64,000 nt of DNA from a bacterium (GTDB taxonomy: Bacteria; Patescibacteriota; Minisyncoccia; Phycocordibacterales; UBA2100). The first letter of the stretch is position 1; the number at the start of each line of letters is the position of its first letter. The stretch is from the NCBI GenBank assembly GCA_030674455.1, contig JAUSGQ010000020.1, positions 13,461 through 77,460 of the forward strand, written 5' to 3'. The translations under genes and the position numbers were made by a program. Positions 27,976 to 37,854 of this stretch are shown here, piece after piece. The notes beneath the pieces were generated by a model. It was not told where the DNA came from. It did not search any database and was given only the letters and a program-made list of their open reading frames with translations.

Positions 27976-28451
27976 TCCTGTTGGCCTCCTGTGGCCGGAG
28001 TCAGCGTTGTTTGTTGCACATTTTGAAGTGTCGCGCTATTCGGATCAAGCCCCGCTGGAGAAACCTGTGCTGGCGGAGGCGATGCCGGCACAAATGTGTT
28101 CAAGGGCGACCCTCCTCCGCTTGAGCCCATCATGCCAATCGCGATACCGGGAACAACAATCGGCCCGACCGGAAATACGACGCAAATGTAGGGAATACTT
28201 GTAAGCCCCAATAACCATTTGCCCGGAGCCGGAGGACCATTTTTATAGGTACGGGTGGCTAACGTCCATATATAGAGGCCGGGATTCGGCGACCCCACAA
28301 CGGAAATAGTGCCATAGGGAACGACACCAAACACAAAACATGGCCACACAAGGCTTGCTTTGCCTCCAAACGGATATGCGAGAGCCAAATTGGGCGCGCT
28401 AAGAAGAAGAGCGGCACAAATGAGAACTGCGGAAACAGGACGCCTGAACAT
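27972..28451 (-). CDS. Secreted Cys-containing hypothetical protein (PFGG motif)
   Basis: Signal peptide MFRRPVSAVLICAALLLSAPNLALA then YPFGG; TAGAAT -10 7 nt upstream. Confidence 0.6.
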   Translation of the reverse strand: MFRRPVSAVLICAALLLSAPNLALAYPFGGKASLVWPCFVFGVVPYGTISVVGSPNPGLYIWTLATRTYKNGPPAPGKWLLGLTSIPYICVVFPVGPIVVPGIAIGMMGSSGGGSPLNTFVPASPPPAQVSPAGLDPNSATLQNVQQTTLTPATGGQQD

Positions 28452-28500
28452 GCTGTACATTCTAGCACTACGCGACTGGATACAGGTACATACAGCGAGG

Positions 28501-28562
28501 CCAAAATACCCGAGGTGCGACCTTGGGAGTGGCTCTTTAAGGTCGCACCTCGGGTATTTTGC
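28501..28562. repeat. REPIN-like inverted doublet
   Basis: AAAATACCCGAGGTGCGACCTT ... AAGGTCGCACCTCGGGTATTTT. Confidence 0.7.
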
Positions 28563-28617
28563 TATGTTCGTTGCTGTGCTGTTGCTACTCAACGCTATAC
28601 GCTATACCCTATACCTT

Positions 28618-29580
28618 ATGCACTGGCTTCGCGAACACCGACACACCGTTGCGCTCATCGGGGCGGCTGTTTTTGTCGTAGTAGGCGGAATTCTCGCCAG
28701 AAACAATACTGGAGCTTCAGAACTCGGGAACATTAAAAATGTCGCTGTGGAATATCCTTACTACGCTCCTTCAGCAGATACAGAGGGCGTATCGGTAAAG
28801 AACCAGCGTACAAATCCGCAGAGTGCGGTTTCTGATATAGGCAGTTCAACGGCATCTCTCGCTGTTTTCTTTGACCGAGCATCAACGCCGGAACGGCCAC
28901 CGACAACATCTGTAACGCAAACCGCTACAAAAATCGTCCCGCAAACGCCGACTAAATCTCAAAGCACTATTACGAATTCTGCGTATTCGTCTTTCTTCCG
29001 CACGCTCTCGAATATTCTTTCTCCATCAGACACGCGAACACCGGAACAAAAAGAGCTTTATAATTACGGCAACGAGGTGGGCTCGATCGTAAAAACTTTT
29101 GAAAATAGCCATGGTAACCTGACGCAGGTGTTAAAAACGTTCTTCGACAGCCGCGTCGACCCCTCGAAAGCGGCTGCGACCCCTGAAATTGCCGATGCCT
29201 ACGCGCAATTGACGAGAGGAATTCCATCCTCAGCTGGCACAACTCCCGCCTCGGCAACCGCTGGAGTCCAATCCATCGCAAACGATTACGCACAATTGAG
29301 CTTCGCGATAGGGAGCATCGCAGATGTTCCTCCGCAAGCCGAAATCTTGAATGCGAAACTCGCCAAAGGATATGGGGACGTTGCACAAGGCATGTCCAAA
29401 CTTGCGAAAACTGACAATAATGATGCGCTTCTCGAGGCAATTAACTCTTATAACGCAACCGCGGAGGAATTTATCAGAACTTACGTCGCACTTGCGGATC
29501 TTTTTTCAGCATATGGAGTGAAATTCTCCGCGAGCGACCCGGGTTCAATTTTTTCTTTTAGTATGACTGGTGGGCTGTAG
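28618..29580 (+). CDS. Membrane-anchored hypothetical protein (T4SS-like cluster)
   Basis: N-terminal TM, Ser/Thr linker, helical C-terminal domain; start at MHWLREH. Confidence 0.7.
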   Translation: MHWLREHRHTVALIGAAVFVVVGGILARNNTGASELGNIKNVAVEYPYYAPSADTEGVSVKNQRTNPQSAVSDIGSSTASLAVFFDRASTPERPPTTSVTQTATKIVPQTPTKSQSTITNSAYSSFFRTLSNILSPSDTRTPEQKELYNYGNEVGSIVKTFENSHGNLTQVLKTFFDSRVDPSKAAATPEIADAYAQLTRGIPSSAGTTPASATAGVQSIANDYAQLSFAIGSIADVPPQAEILNAKLAKGYGDVAQGMSKLAKTDNNDALLEAINSYNATAEEFIRTYVALADLFSAYGVKFSASDPGSIFSFSMTGGL

Positions 29581-29623
29581 CGAAATACCCAAGGTCACAA
29601 ATGCGCGCATAGCGTGGCGGCCT

Positions 29624-29692
29624 GTCATAGTCGAGCGTAGCGAAGCAATCCAATTCCTTTCTTCTGGATTGCTTCGCGTTGCTCGCAATGAC
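29624..29692. repeat. RPE-like palindromic repeat
   Basis: GTCAT...CGAGCGTAGCGAAGCAATCC ... GGATTGCTTCGCGTTGCTCGCAATGAC. Confidence 0.7.
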
Positions 29693-29860
29693 GATTCTTC
29701 GAAGGTTAAATTTTCCCCTATTGGTCGAAACTGTGGTCAGTTTCGACACGATTTTTGCTCCGTGGAGTACCACGGAAAAAATCGCCTACTGCCTAGTGCT
29801 TTTTCTTTTCCTTACTGCGTTTAGACCTCTTGCCTATTCATTGGATGTTATAATTTTCAT

Positions 29861-30703
29861 GTGGAAAACAAACACGCGAACGATGCGGGGTTTATTTTGA
29901 CGTGGCGAGATCGTCTGGGAATTTCATTCTCGCCGATGCTCATCGCCGCCGTTCTTTCCGTCGCGGTTTTATTAATTGCAATCGGCTGGCAGGCCAATAA
30001 AACTATCGTAACGGCAAATCCCGGAGCTTTTACCGGTTCGGGGAAGGTATCTTCCGCCCAAAATCAAACCGGGAGCGGAACAATTACAGAAATGAACTAT
30101 ATCGCACTCGCAGACGAAGCAGGTCCGAATGATTTCTCGAACACCGAAAGCGACGTTTTTGGACAACTTTTCGGAACATATATTAGCCTCAAAAATTCGG
30201 GAACGTACACAGAGGAGAAAGGGGCTGACCTGGCCAATCGCATAGCCGAGGCAACGGTGGCGCAGGTTGAATACACGCCTATTGCGAGGAGCGAAATAAA
30301 AACCGATTCCGACGTCTCTCGCGAACGAGTTCTTGCATATAGAAATGACTTGCAAACCGCTCTTGCGCCTTTTTTAACGAAGTCCGAATCGGAACTCGGA
30401 ATTTTTAACAGCTATGTACAAACGGGAGATAAGCACAACCTTGAGCTTTTGGCAGATGCTGCGGGGAAATATCGCAAAACTGTTTCTCTGCTCTCCGCAG
30501 TGACCGTACCGCAAGACGCGATTGATTATCACCTGGGAATCACGAACTCTCTTTTGCAGTTCGCAGTAACTCTTGATGCGATGATAAAAAATGCGGATGA
30601 CCCGATGGCTACTCTTGCCCTCTTGCGCACATACAATTCCGCTGAAGATAGCGTGTACACATCGTTCAGCTCCCTTGCTTCCTACGAAAAGCGAAAAATA
30701 TGA
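29861..30703 (+). CDS. Membrane-anchored hypothetical protein
   Basis: 280 aa, one N-terminal TM, helical C-terminus; ATGA overlap with next gene. Confidence 0.72.
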   Translation: MENKHANDAGFILTWRDRLGISFSPMLIAAVLSVAVLLIAIGWQANKTIVTANPGAFTGSGKVSSAQNQTGSGTITEMNYIALADEAGPNDFSNTESDVFGQLFGTYISLKNSGTYTEEKGADLANRIAEATVAQVEYTPIARSEIKTDSDVSRERVLAYRNDLQTALAPFLTKSESELGIFNSYVQTGDKHNLELLADAAGKYRKTVSLLSAVTVPQDAIDYHLGITNSLLQFAVTLDAMIKNADDPMATLALLRTYNSAEDSVYTSFSSLASYEKRKI

Positions 30704-32442
30704 CTCCCATTAGAGACCGCGGAAGTTTAGTCTGTGTCCATTCAACGGATGTTTTTCATTGGTCTATTGCTTACGGGCAATTGCTTTTGAGTCGGAAGCG
30801 CAAACTTCCTACTTCTAACGGGACAGGTAACAAATATTCTTTCATCGCCCTGTGGTGCGCGCTGGCAATATTCGCAGCGCCCGCAGGCGTTTACGCGCAA
30901 CTTACAGCAAACGATGACCCCATGGAAAATTGCAGTATATATGGCGCCCAATCAATGAGCGTGGGCTCTATCGCAACGCTCGGAGGCGGAGTTGTGCCGG
31001 TGAGCGACGCGGCCGTTACTCTGAATACCGGAATGCTCGTCTACAAAGAATGCATCGTTCGCAAAATAATAGACGCAAAAAAGAAAGCCGCGATAGCGCA
31101 ACTTATAAGCGATTCTTCAAAAACATATCTGAAAGGACGAGAGGTCTGCACAGTGGACATTGACGGCAATAGAACATGCGAAACGACCAGTCCGTATTTT
31201 CCCGAAGATCTGGCGGCCGACCAGCGGCTGTGGGAGAGCAATGTTGTCAACCAAAACATAAGCGGCGGGCTATCAAATTCTCTAAATCCTGCGTATCAGA
31301 ACGACCTGCGGCTTGCCCTCAATCGCTCCTATCAGCAACAAATCCAGAATCCGGGCGCATCGCTCGCCTGTTCGTATACGGGAGACCTCGTCGCTCTTAA
31401 CAACGGTGCATACGACGGTCCGCAGTCATTGTTTGCGGTCGGCGACCCCAACTGCAATCCTCTCTTCAATTATTACAATTACCAAAGTTCCGTCATGAGC
31501 ATCGCGGCCGCCGACACAGCAAACAGGATGACCCGCCTTGGCTGGAACAATGGCACGTATGACGTCGAGTACAGGGATCCCGCGACCGGACGAGTGCGCG
31601 TCGTTACGCCCGGATTCATAGTAGCGGGAACTTTCCAACAGCAACTCGGCTCGAATTTCCGACAGCTTGAAAATGCCAACGACATAGGACAATTGATAAA
31701 CGTATTCTTCGCCGGAATAGGGAACCTTGCTATTTCGGCCACAGCTCAAGGGCTTAACGCGCTTATCAATTCCTCCGTCGGGACATCTTTCGTTGACAGG
31801 ATGGTGCAAGACTTCGGTGCGGAACAATCAGCCGCGCAGACCGGCGCAGCTCTACAGAATCTCCAGGCGGCGGTCTATAACGAGAGTCAATATCTCGCGG
31901 CAAAAAATGCGACGAAGGACGTGTTGATGCAGGCCGCGACAAGTTTGCGCGATGCGGAAAACCTATGTTGGAGCCGGATAGTTCCTCTGGTAACGACGTA
32001 TGCGCAACAAAACAGCATCGCTCAAATACAGATAGCGACAACGTCAGAGCAATGGGCGCAAAAAGTCATAGAAAACAACAACAATAGTCTCGTTAGGCTG
32101 GCGGCTTCTCTAAACACCGAAGCTACTGCCGCCTCCACAGCGCTTGACCGTCTCAATGAAATCAGTGCCGGAGTAACTAACAACACTATTAGTGGAACCG
32201 ACGGCTACAATCAACTCAACGCCATCGTTTCAACCCTCCCTACACAGGCCGACGTGCAGGGCGCACAAGAGCAAACGCAGACCATGCAAACAAATCTTGG
32301 GACACTTGTTCAGGGAACCCTGACAGCCTGGCAAGGAAATGCAGACCCTACTGTCGGCTGGTGCAATGTCAATACTCCCGCCGTGATTAAAGGATGGGCA
32401 GACAAATGGAGCGGGAGCAGCAGCATCTATGACCACCGATAA
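30700..32442 (+). CDS. Secreted Cys-containing hypothetical protein with helical C-terminus
   Basis: Signal-like segment SFIALWCALAIFAAPAGVYA; paired Cys; start uncertain. Confidence 0.7.
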   Translation: MTPIRDRGSLVCVHSTDVFHWSIAYGQLLLSRKRKLPTSNGTGNKYSFIALWCALAIFAAPAGVYAQLTANDDPMENCSIYGAQSMSVGSIATLGGGVVPVSDAAVTLNTGMLVYKECIVRKIIDAKKKAAIAQLISDSSKTYLKGREVCTVDIDGNRTCETTSPYFPEDLAADQRLWESNVVNQNISGGLSNSLNPAYQNDLRLALNRSYQQQIQNPGASLACSYTGDLVALNNGAYDGPQSLFAVGDPNCNPLFNYYNYQSSVMSIAAADTANRMTRLGWNNGTYDVEYRDPATGRVRVVTPGFIVAGTFQQQLGSNFRQLENANDIGQLINVFFAGIGNLAISATAQGLNALINSSVGTSFVDRMVQDFGAEQSAAQTGAALQNLQAAVYNESQYLAAKNATKDVLMQAATSLRDAENLCWSRIVPLVTTYAQQNSIAQIQIATTSEQWAQKVIENNNNSLVRLAASLNTEATAASTALDRLNEISAGVTNNTISGTDGYNQLNAIVSTLPTQADVQGAQEQTQTMQTNLGTLVQGTLTAWQGNADPTVGWCNVNTPAVIKGWADKWSGSSSIYDHR

Positions 32443-32448
32443 ATCGTT

Positions 32449-34965
32449 ATGAAAAAAATCCTCACATTAGGTTTTTTGACAATAGCACTGCTCATTACTG
32501 CTGCACCTGAGTTGGCTACAGCACAATCCGCACAACCCGAGTGGTGGGAATTAGCGAGGAACACTGCATGGTGTGGGACTTTAGGACTTCTTGATCCATC
32601 CTGCTGGATTAAATTAATCGCCGTCGTAGGCGGCACCATCTTGGTTAATTTAGCAGCATTGCTTTTGGGACTGGCGGATATGCTGTTCGGATGGACGTTT
32701 GATAACACGGTACTTTTATTCAAAACAGAGATATTTCAAAAGGCGGAAGAGGGAATAAACGCCGGTTGGACGGCACTTCGTGACATCGCGAATATCGTCA
32801 TAATCGGAATGCTCACCTTTACTGCAATCTCGACAATCCTCGGGATACAGGAATATGCCGCAAAGAAATTTCTCGCTCGCGTGCTTATAATAGCGGTGCT
32901 CATAAACTTCAGCTTACTTTTTACAAAACTTATTATTGACGCTTCCAACTTTACCGCAGGGCAGTTCTACGCGGCGGCGGCCGGAACATCCTTAGGCGGA
33001 GCGATGGATGATGCAACAAAGCGCAGCAGCGGCCATAAGGCCGACATCGCGGCACCCGAGACATCCTTTCGAAAGACCGGTATTTCCGGCGCATTCATGC
33101 GATTTTCAAGAGCGACGAGCATTAGCGGCACTGGGGGAAGCTTATTTAGGACTGCTTATAGCGATGCTGGTGGTGCACTCATGGCACTCGGGCAGGCCGT
33201 TCTTGCGGTGATACTACTGGGCGGAGCCGCGTTAGTTCTTTTCTATGGCAGTTATCTCCTCATATCCCGCGCTTTGCTGTTTATTTTTCTTATGATTACC
33301 GCGGCTGGCGCATTCGCGACCTACCTCATCCCCGGAATGAGCGACAGTAGGTATGGATGGAAGGGCTGGTGGTCGTCGCTTTTGCACAATGCCGCTCTTG
33401 CCCCCATTTTAATGGTACTGATATGGGTAACAATCCAGGTGTCCTCAAAAATGTCGGACATGAGAGAGGGTGCCGGGGGAACCCTCGGGACATTGGCCGA
33501 CCCCAAGCTCTTGTCCTCGGCTGATGGAGGGGTTTCATCGATAAGTGAGCTATTCTCCTTTATCGTAATTATAGGATTGCTCTACGCTTCTTTCCTTCTT
33601 GCGAGCAAATGGGCGGGGAAGGTGGGCGGTCTCAGCATGGCGTCAATGGCATTAACCGTTCCATTCAACCTCGGCTCGCAAGCGGTAGGATTCGCTCTCA
33701 AAAAAGGATTGGGCGGCGGAGCCGCATTAATTGAAAAGAAGATTGGCGCGAAGCAAGGAAAACTAAGGGATAGACTGGCTCGTTACCCCGACATGTCGCC
33801 TGCCAGAAAGAGCACAATCCAGGCTGGCATCGATAAGTATGCGTGGCAAAAGGGACTTGCCGGACGGTTTGCAAAACAGAATTACAATCCTATTGCACAA
33901 CTTGCAAAGACAAAGTTGGGCCAAACGGTCGCAAAGCAAGCCGGATTTACCAGCCCGATATCTGCCGGCGACGCGAAGTCTAATTTTGCAGATGATGCGA
34001 AAAAGGTAACTGAAGCCGCTGTAGCGCGCGCAGAAGCTGCGTACCAGTTCTCTACGAGCGATCAGAGAAAAATGCGTGAAAAGGAAGAGGCAAGACGAAG
34101 AAAAGAATGGCAGGAACACAAACAATTGCTCACCGAACAGGCAGTACTGGCAGCAAGAACTGCCGAAGCATCGGAACAACAGACGCAAAGAGAGAAAGCC
34201 AGATTGGAGCTTGAAAAACAACTGGTTGTGAGAGAAGCGACAGACAAAAAGACAAATGAAAATCTTGCGCCTAAAAAAGCCGTCGCGGAAGATAATCTAA
34301 AGACTGTAACGAAAGATGCGACGGCGCAAAAGGCAACCGTGGCTCTCACCTCGGACACATTAATCAAGAAACTCCAGGACGAACTAAGCCATGCCCAGAC
34401 GCCTGACCAAACAAAGGAAATAACCGGTAAGATAAAGAGCGCGGTGGCGGAAAAACAAGCGGCAATTGATGAGCAAGATGTGAGGATAAGAGACGCACAG
34501 AAAGCCGTAAAAGATATTGAGAATAGAATCGGTGAAATAGACAGGGATGCGAGAAAAGAAACACAAGAACTTGATGAATCTCTTTCACACTATGAAGAAA
34601 ATGCGGTTCGTGATGCGAGAAGGAGCAAGGGGCTCAACGAAAGGCTTAGAAAGGAAGATAACAAGGAAGAAACTGGACAACTTGATATTGATATTTCAAG
34701 AGCGGCGGAGAGAGTAGTGCAACGGTCAATTGATGCCGTTAAAAAACCGGGCGCGGAAGCGGCGGAAAGATATGCAGCCAATAGGATATCTGCTCTCGGA
34801 TTTGGGGCCTATGTCGGAGGAAAGGCGAAGACAATGTATGAAGACAAACAGGGTAAGACTAGGATTAAGAAAGACCTCGAAACGTATCTTGAAGATATGT
34901 TGAAACCAGAAAGTGCATCCACGGTGGCGCCGACTCCGCCGGCAACCCCAGGGACAACCGCTTGA
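32449..34965 (+). CDS. VirB6/TrbL-like polytopic membrane protein with coiled-coil tail
   Basis: GWTALRDIANI...LARVLIIAVLINFSLLFTKLIIDASN, many TMs, charged C-terminus; lies upstream of prgI/virB4. Confidence 0.7.
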   Translation: MKKILTLGFLTIALLITAAPELATAQSAQPEWWELARNTAWCGTLGLLDPSCWIKLIAVVGGTILVNLAALLLGLADMLFGWTFDNTVLLFKTEIFQKAEEGINAGWTALRDIANIVIIGMLTFTAISTILGIQEYAAKKFLARVLIIAVLINFSLLFTKLIIDASNFTAGQFYAAAAGTSLGGAMDDATKRSSGHKADIAAPETSFRKTGISGAFMRFSRATSISGTGGSLFRTAYSDAGGALMALGQAVLAVILLGGAALVLFYGSYLLISRALLFIFLMITAAGAFATYLIPGMSDSRYGWKGWWSSLLHNAALAPILMVLIWVTIQVSSKMSDMREGAGGTLGTLADPKLLSSADGGVSSISELFSFIVIIGLLYASFLLASKWAGKVGGLSMASMALTVPFNLGSQAVGFALKKGLGGGAALIEKKIGAKQGKLRDRLARYPDMSPARKSTIQAGIDKYAWQKGLAGRFAKQNYNPIAQLAKTKLGQTVAKQAGFTSPISAGDAKSNFADDAKKVTEAAVARAEAAYQFSTSDQRKMREKEEARRRKEWQEHKQLLTEQAVLAARTAEASEQQTQREKARLELEKQLVVREATDKKTNENLAPKKAVAEDNLKTVTKDATAQKATVALTSDTLIKKLQDELSHAQTPDQTKEITGKIKSAVAEKQAAIDEQDVRIRDAQKAVKDIENRIGEIDRDARKETQELDESLSHYEENAVRDARRSKGLNERLRKEDNKEETGQLDIDISRAAERVVQRSIDAVKKPGAEAAERYAANRISALGFGAYVGGKAKTMYEDKQGKTRIKKDLETYLEDMLKPESASTVAPTPPATPGTTA

Positions 34966-34977
34966 TATACTGGCAAT

Positions 34978-35715
34978 ATGAACGACGACAAAAAATTAGA
35001 CGATATTCTCAAAGAGCGGCTCGCGAGCTTGCCATTGCCAGTGCGTAATGCGATTACGTCAGCAGACGTAGAAAAAGGTCTGCGCGAACTTGCCGACAAA
35101 CACAAACTTCACTTGGACCAGTGGGAAACCTTAGAGAATGCGGTAATGTTAACGCTTATCGGCTTCAAAAAGATAGCTGATTTGAGCGAAAACATCGAGA
35201 AAGAAGTCGGCGTAGACGCAGAGACAGCGCGAGCTATTGCGTCGGATATCACGGTTATTGTTTTTGAACCAATCCGCAAAGAGTTAGAGCGCGAACTGGG
35301 AGAACCGGTGACGGAAGAAGTTGGTGAAACGACCACCGTTGCTGAAGAACCCGCGCCAGTGGAAAAACCTATCGCGGAAAAACCGGTATCCAGTGAGTCC
35401 ATACTGAATACAGAATACCGGATACCGAATACTATTCCCGCGCGGGAAATAATCGATAACCTTCCTCCGCGGCCGATTGAAGTTAAGCCCGCAAATCAGC
35501 CCGCAGCCGGTAACCCGCAGCCGGTAGTCAGAGAAGCGGCTTCCATACAGAATACAGAATACAGAATACCAAATACATCTCCTTCTACTCCGCCTCCAGC
35601 TCCGCTAATGGCAAAATCAGTGCGCGCCGTTCCGTCGCCCGCGTATGCGCTGGACACGAAAAGCCACGAGCGCACAGCTATCGACGACGATCCATATAGG
35701 GAGTCGATAGCATAG
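34978..35715 (+). CDS. Hypothetical protein ending DPYRE, with Pro-rich tail
   Basis: 245 aa; TATACT 6 nt upstream; contains two 7-mer-array inserts (NTEYRIPNT x2). Confidence 0.78.
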   Translation: MNDDKKLDDILKERLASLPLPVRNAITSADVEKGLRELADKHKLHLDQWETLENAVMLTLIGFKKIADLSENIEKEVGVDAETARAIASDITVIVFEPIRKELERELGEPVTEEVGETTTVAEEPAPVEKPIAEKPVSSESILNTEYRIPNTIPAREIIDNLPPRPIEVKPANQPAAGNPQPVVREAASIQNTEYRIPNTSPSTPPPAPLMAKSVRAVPSPAYALDTKSHERTAIDDDPYRESIA

Positions 35716-35749
35716 GTGTCAGGTTCCAGGTTTTAGGTTCCAGACAAAA

Positions 35750-36118
35750 ATGCAAAGCATCAATTCGTACAAAGACCTTATAGTGTGGCAAAAAGCTATT
35801 GATGTTGTCGCTGACACATATGCCATCACGCGAAAGTTCCCGTCTTTTGAGAACTTCGGACTTTCATCACAGATGCAACGAGCTGCTGTTTCCATCGCCG
35901 CGAATATCGCGGAGGGACGTGGCCGCGGGACACGAACCGATTACGCGCATTTTTTGGATATATCGAATGGATCAGTATCGGAACTGGAAACGTTGCTAAC
36001 AATTGCGAAGCGTTTGTCGTACTGTAGAGAAGAACAGTGTAGTAGAATGGAGGAGCAGTTAGGTGAAATCGGGAAAATGCTCGGTACTTTGCGTGCTAAG
36101 TTACGACGCTTCTCCTAA
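35750..36118 (+). CDS. Four-helix-bundle protein (23S IVS / Avd-like family)
   Basis: YKDLIVWQKA...FPSFENFGLSSQMQRAAVSIAANIAEG...GSVSELET. Confidence 0.9.
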   Translation: MQSINSYKDLIVWQKAIDVVADTYAITRKFPSFENFGLSSQMQRAAVSIAANIAEGRGRGTRTDYAHFLDISNGSVSELETLLTIAKRLSYCREEQCSRMEEQLGEIGKMLGTLRAKLRRFS

Positions 36119-36151
36119 CACCTGAAACCTGTCACCTACAACCTACCCAAT

Positions 36152-36598
36152 ATGCAATTCCAAGTTCCGCAATTTATAGAGGTTGAAGATAAGATTTTCG
36201 GGCCTCTTACTTTTAAGCAGTTCGTGTATGTCGCGGGCGGGCTTGGCACGTGCTATCTCTTCTGGAAAATTCTGCCTGTGCTCATATCGGTTCCGCTCAT
36301 TGCGGTGACAGCTGCGCTTGCGGCCGTTCTCGCGTTTTTCCAATTCAACGGAAGACCGTTTGTCGCCGCGCTCGAGCACGGCTTCTATTTTCTTTTGCGG
36401 AGCAAACTCTACCTCTGGAGGAATGATGAGAATGGAAGGGAACAGGCGGCAACAAAAAAACAGCTTCTGGACAAACAGGCGCAGGAAAAGGGGAAATCTC
36501 TCGTATATATTCCGAGCCTTTCCAACAGCAAACTGCACGATTTAGCCTGGAGCCTAGATATAAAAGAACAAATCGCCGAGAGCGAGGCGAGTGAATAG
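36152..36598 (+). CDS. prgI: PrgI-family protein
   Basis: MQFQVPQFIEVEDKIFGPLTFKQF, 2 TM, FNGRPF. Confidence 0.85.
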   Translation: MQFQVPQFIEVEDKIFGPLTFKQFVYVAGGLGTCYLFWKILPVLISVPLIAVTAALAAVLAFFQFNGRPFVAALEHGFYFLLRSKLYLWRNDENGREQAATKKQLLDKQAQEKGKSLVYIPSLSNSKLHDLAWSLDIKEQIAESEASE

Positions 36599-36727
36599 GT
36601 GATAGGTTCCACCCAGTAGGTGATTCTGCTAAATCAGGTGCTAGGTACTAGGTTAAAATCAAAACAATGAAACTTCAAGAAATCCATCTCCCTGACACCT
36701 GTAACCTGACACCTATAACCTAATCCT
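36595..36727. repeat. Empty inverted 7-mer array pair (AGGT.../...ACCT)
   Basis: ataggt gataggt...tcaggt gctaggt actaggt / cctgaca cctgtaa cctgaca cctataa cct. Confidence 0.72.
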
Positions 36728-37378
36728 ATGCCCCAATCTCTAGCCAGCAAAAAATCAACGCAGGATTTCGTGCCAGTGCGCGAGGTGCGCGACGGAATTG
36801 TCGTTCTCAAAGACGGCGGCCTGCGCGCGGTACTTCTCGCGTCCTCAATCAACTTCGCTCTCAAATCGGACGACGAACAGACCGCTTTCATAACTCAATT
36901 CCAGAGCTTCCTGAATTCTCTTGATTTTTCCGTACAGATATTCATAGAGTCGCGTATGCTGGACATCCGCCCTTATGTCGCCACGCTCGAGGCTGCGCAC
37001 AAAGAGCAGTTGGACGACCTAATGCGCGTTCAGATACGGGAGTACATCGAGTTCATCAAGAGCTTTACAGAGACCGCCAGCATTATGACGAAGAATTTCT
37101 TCGTGGTAGTGCCGTATTCAACTGGAGGAATAGGTGCGGGACTTTCGGGGCATTCTTCGTTCCTGCCGTGGAAAAGAAAAAAAGGTTCCTCCGAAGAAGA
37201 AAATAAATCGTTCGCAGAACAAGTGTCCCAGCTGGAACAGAGAATCGGGATTGTTCAACAGGGGCTCGTGCGCACCGGCGTCCGCACCGTCCAGCTTGGA
37301 ACGGAAGAGACCATTGAACTTCTCTATAAATTATTTAACCCGGGAGAGGAAGGGAAGCCGATGGTACTTGAAAAGTAA
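36728..37378 (+). CDS. TraC/VirB4-associated conjugation-type protein
   Basis: STQDFVPVREVRDGIVVLKDG...SINFALKS...FLNSLDF; between prgI and ATPase. Confidence 0.72.
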   Translation: MPQSLASKKSTQDFVPVREVRDGIVVLKDGGLRAVLLASSINFALKSDDEQTAFITQFQSFLNSLDFSVQIFIESRMLDIRPYVATLEAAHKEQLDDLMRVQIREYIEFIKSFTETASIMTKNFFVVVPYSTGGIGAGLSGHSSFLPWKRKKGSSEEENKSFAEQVSQLEQRIGIVQQGLVRTGVRTVQLGTEETIELLYKLFNPGEEGKPMVLEK

Positions 37379-37424
37379 ATCCGAAATCCGAAGCACGAAA
37401 TCCGAAAAAATCCTAAATCCAAAT

Positions 37425-37781
37425 ATGAAAAAAGAAGACCGGAAATATGACTTGGAAGAAAGAAGTTTCTTGTTCGCAAAGAACGTGCGGGCCTTTGTGA
37501 AAAACTTGCCACGTTCCATTACCAGTATAGAAGACACGAAGCAACTTGTGCGGTCATCTGGGTCAATTGGCGCAAATTATATTGAAGCGAACGAGTCGTT
37601 GAGCAAGAAAGATTTTTTGCTACGAATACGCATCGCGCGAAAAGAGGCAAAGGAAAGCAAATATTGGCTACGACTCATAGATACCAATACTGATGGCTTA
37701 GAAAAGCGACGAGCGGAACTAGAACAGGAAGCCACAGAATTGATGATGATTTTAAGTTCGATTATGAGAAAATATGTTTAA
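37425..37781 (+). CDS. Four-helix-bundle protein (23S IVS / Avd-like family)
   Basis: YDLEERSFLFA...QLVRSSGSIGANYIEANESLSKKDF...ARKEAKESKYWL. Confidence 0.9.
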   Translation: MKKEDRKYDLEERSFLFAKNVRAFVKNLPRSITSIEDTKQLVRSSGSIGANYIEANESLSKKDFLLRIRIARKEAKESKYWLRLIDTNTDGLEKRRAELEQEATELMMILSSIMRKYV

Positions 37782-37854
37782 AATTTCTTTCTTTTTTGGT
37801 TTTCGGCATTTTTTCGGATTTCGGATTTCGGATTTCGTGCTTACTATATAGTCT

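Noticed and set aside
28360-28617. Extended N-termini of ORFs 28360.. and ..28592
   Set aside because: They translate a REPIN-like palindrome and heptamer array (PRCDL/RSHLGYF on both strands); downstream starts fit better.
37134-37424. N-terminal extension of the 215-aa ORF
   Set aside because: Overlaps the TraC-like gene out of frame and reads through heptamer repeats; the real start is ATG 37425.
35750-37781. Diversity-generating retroelement
   Set aside because: Avd-like proteins only; no reverse transcriptase or TR/VR pair with adenine-specific mismatches seen.
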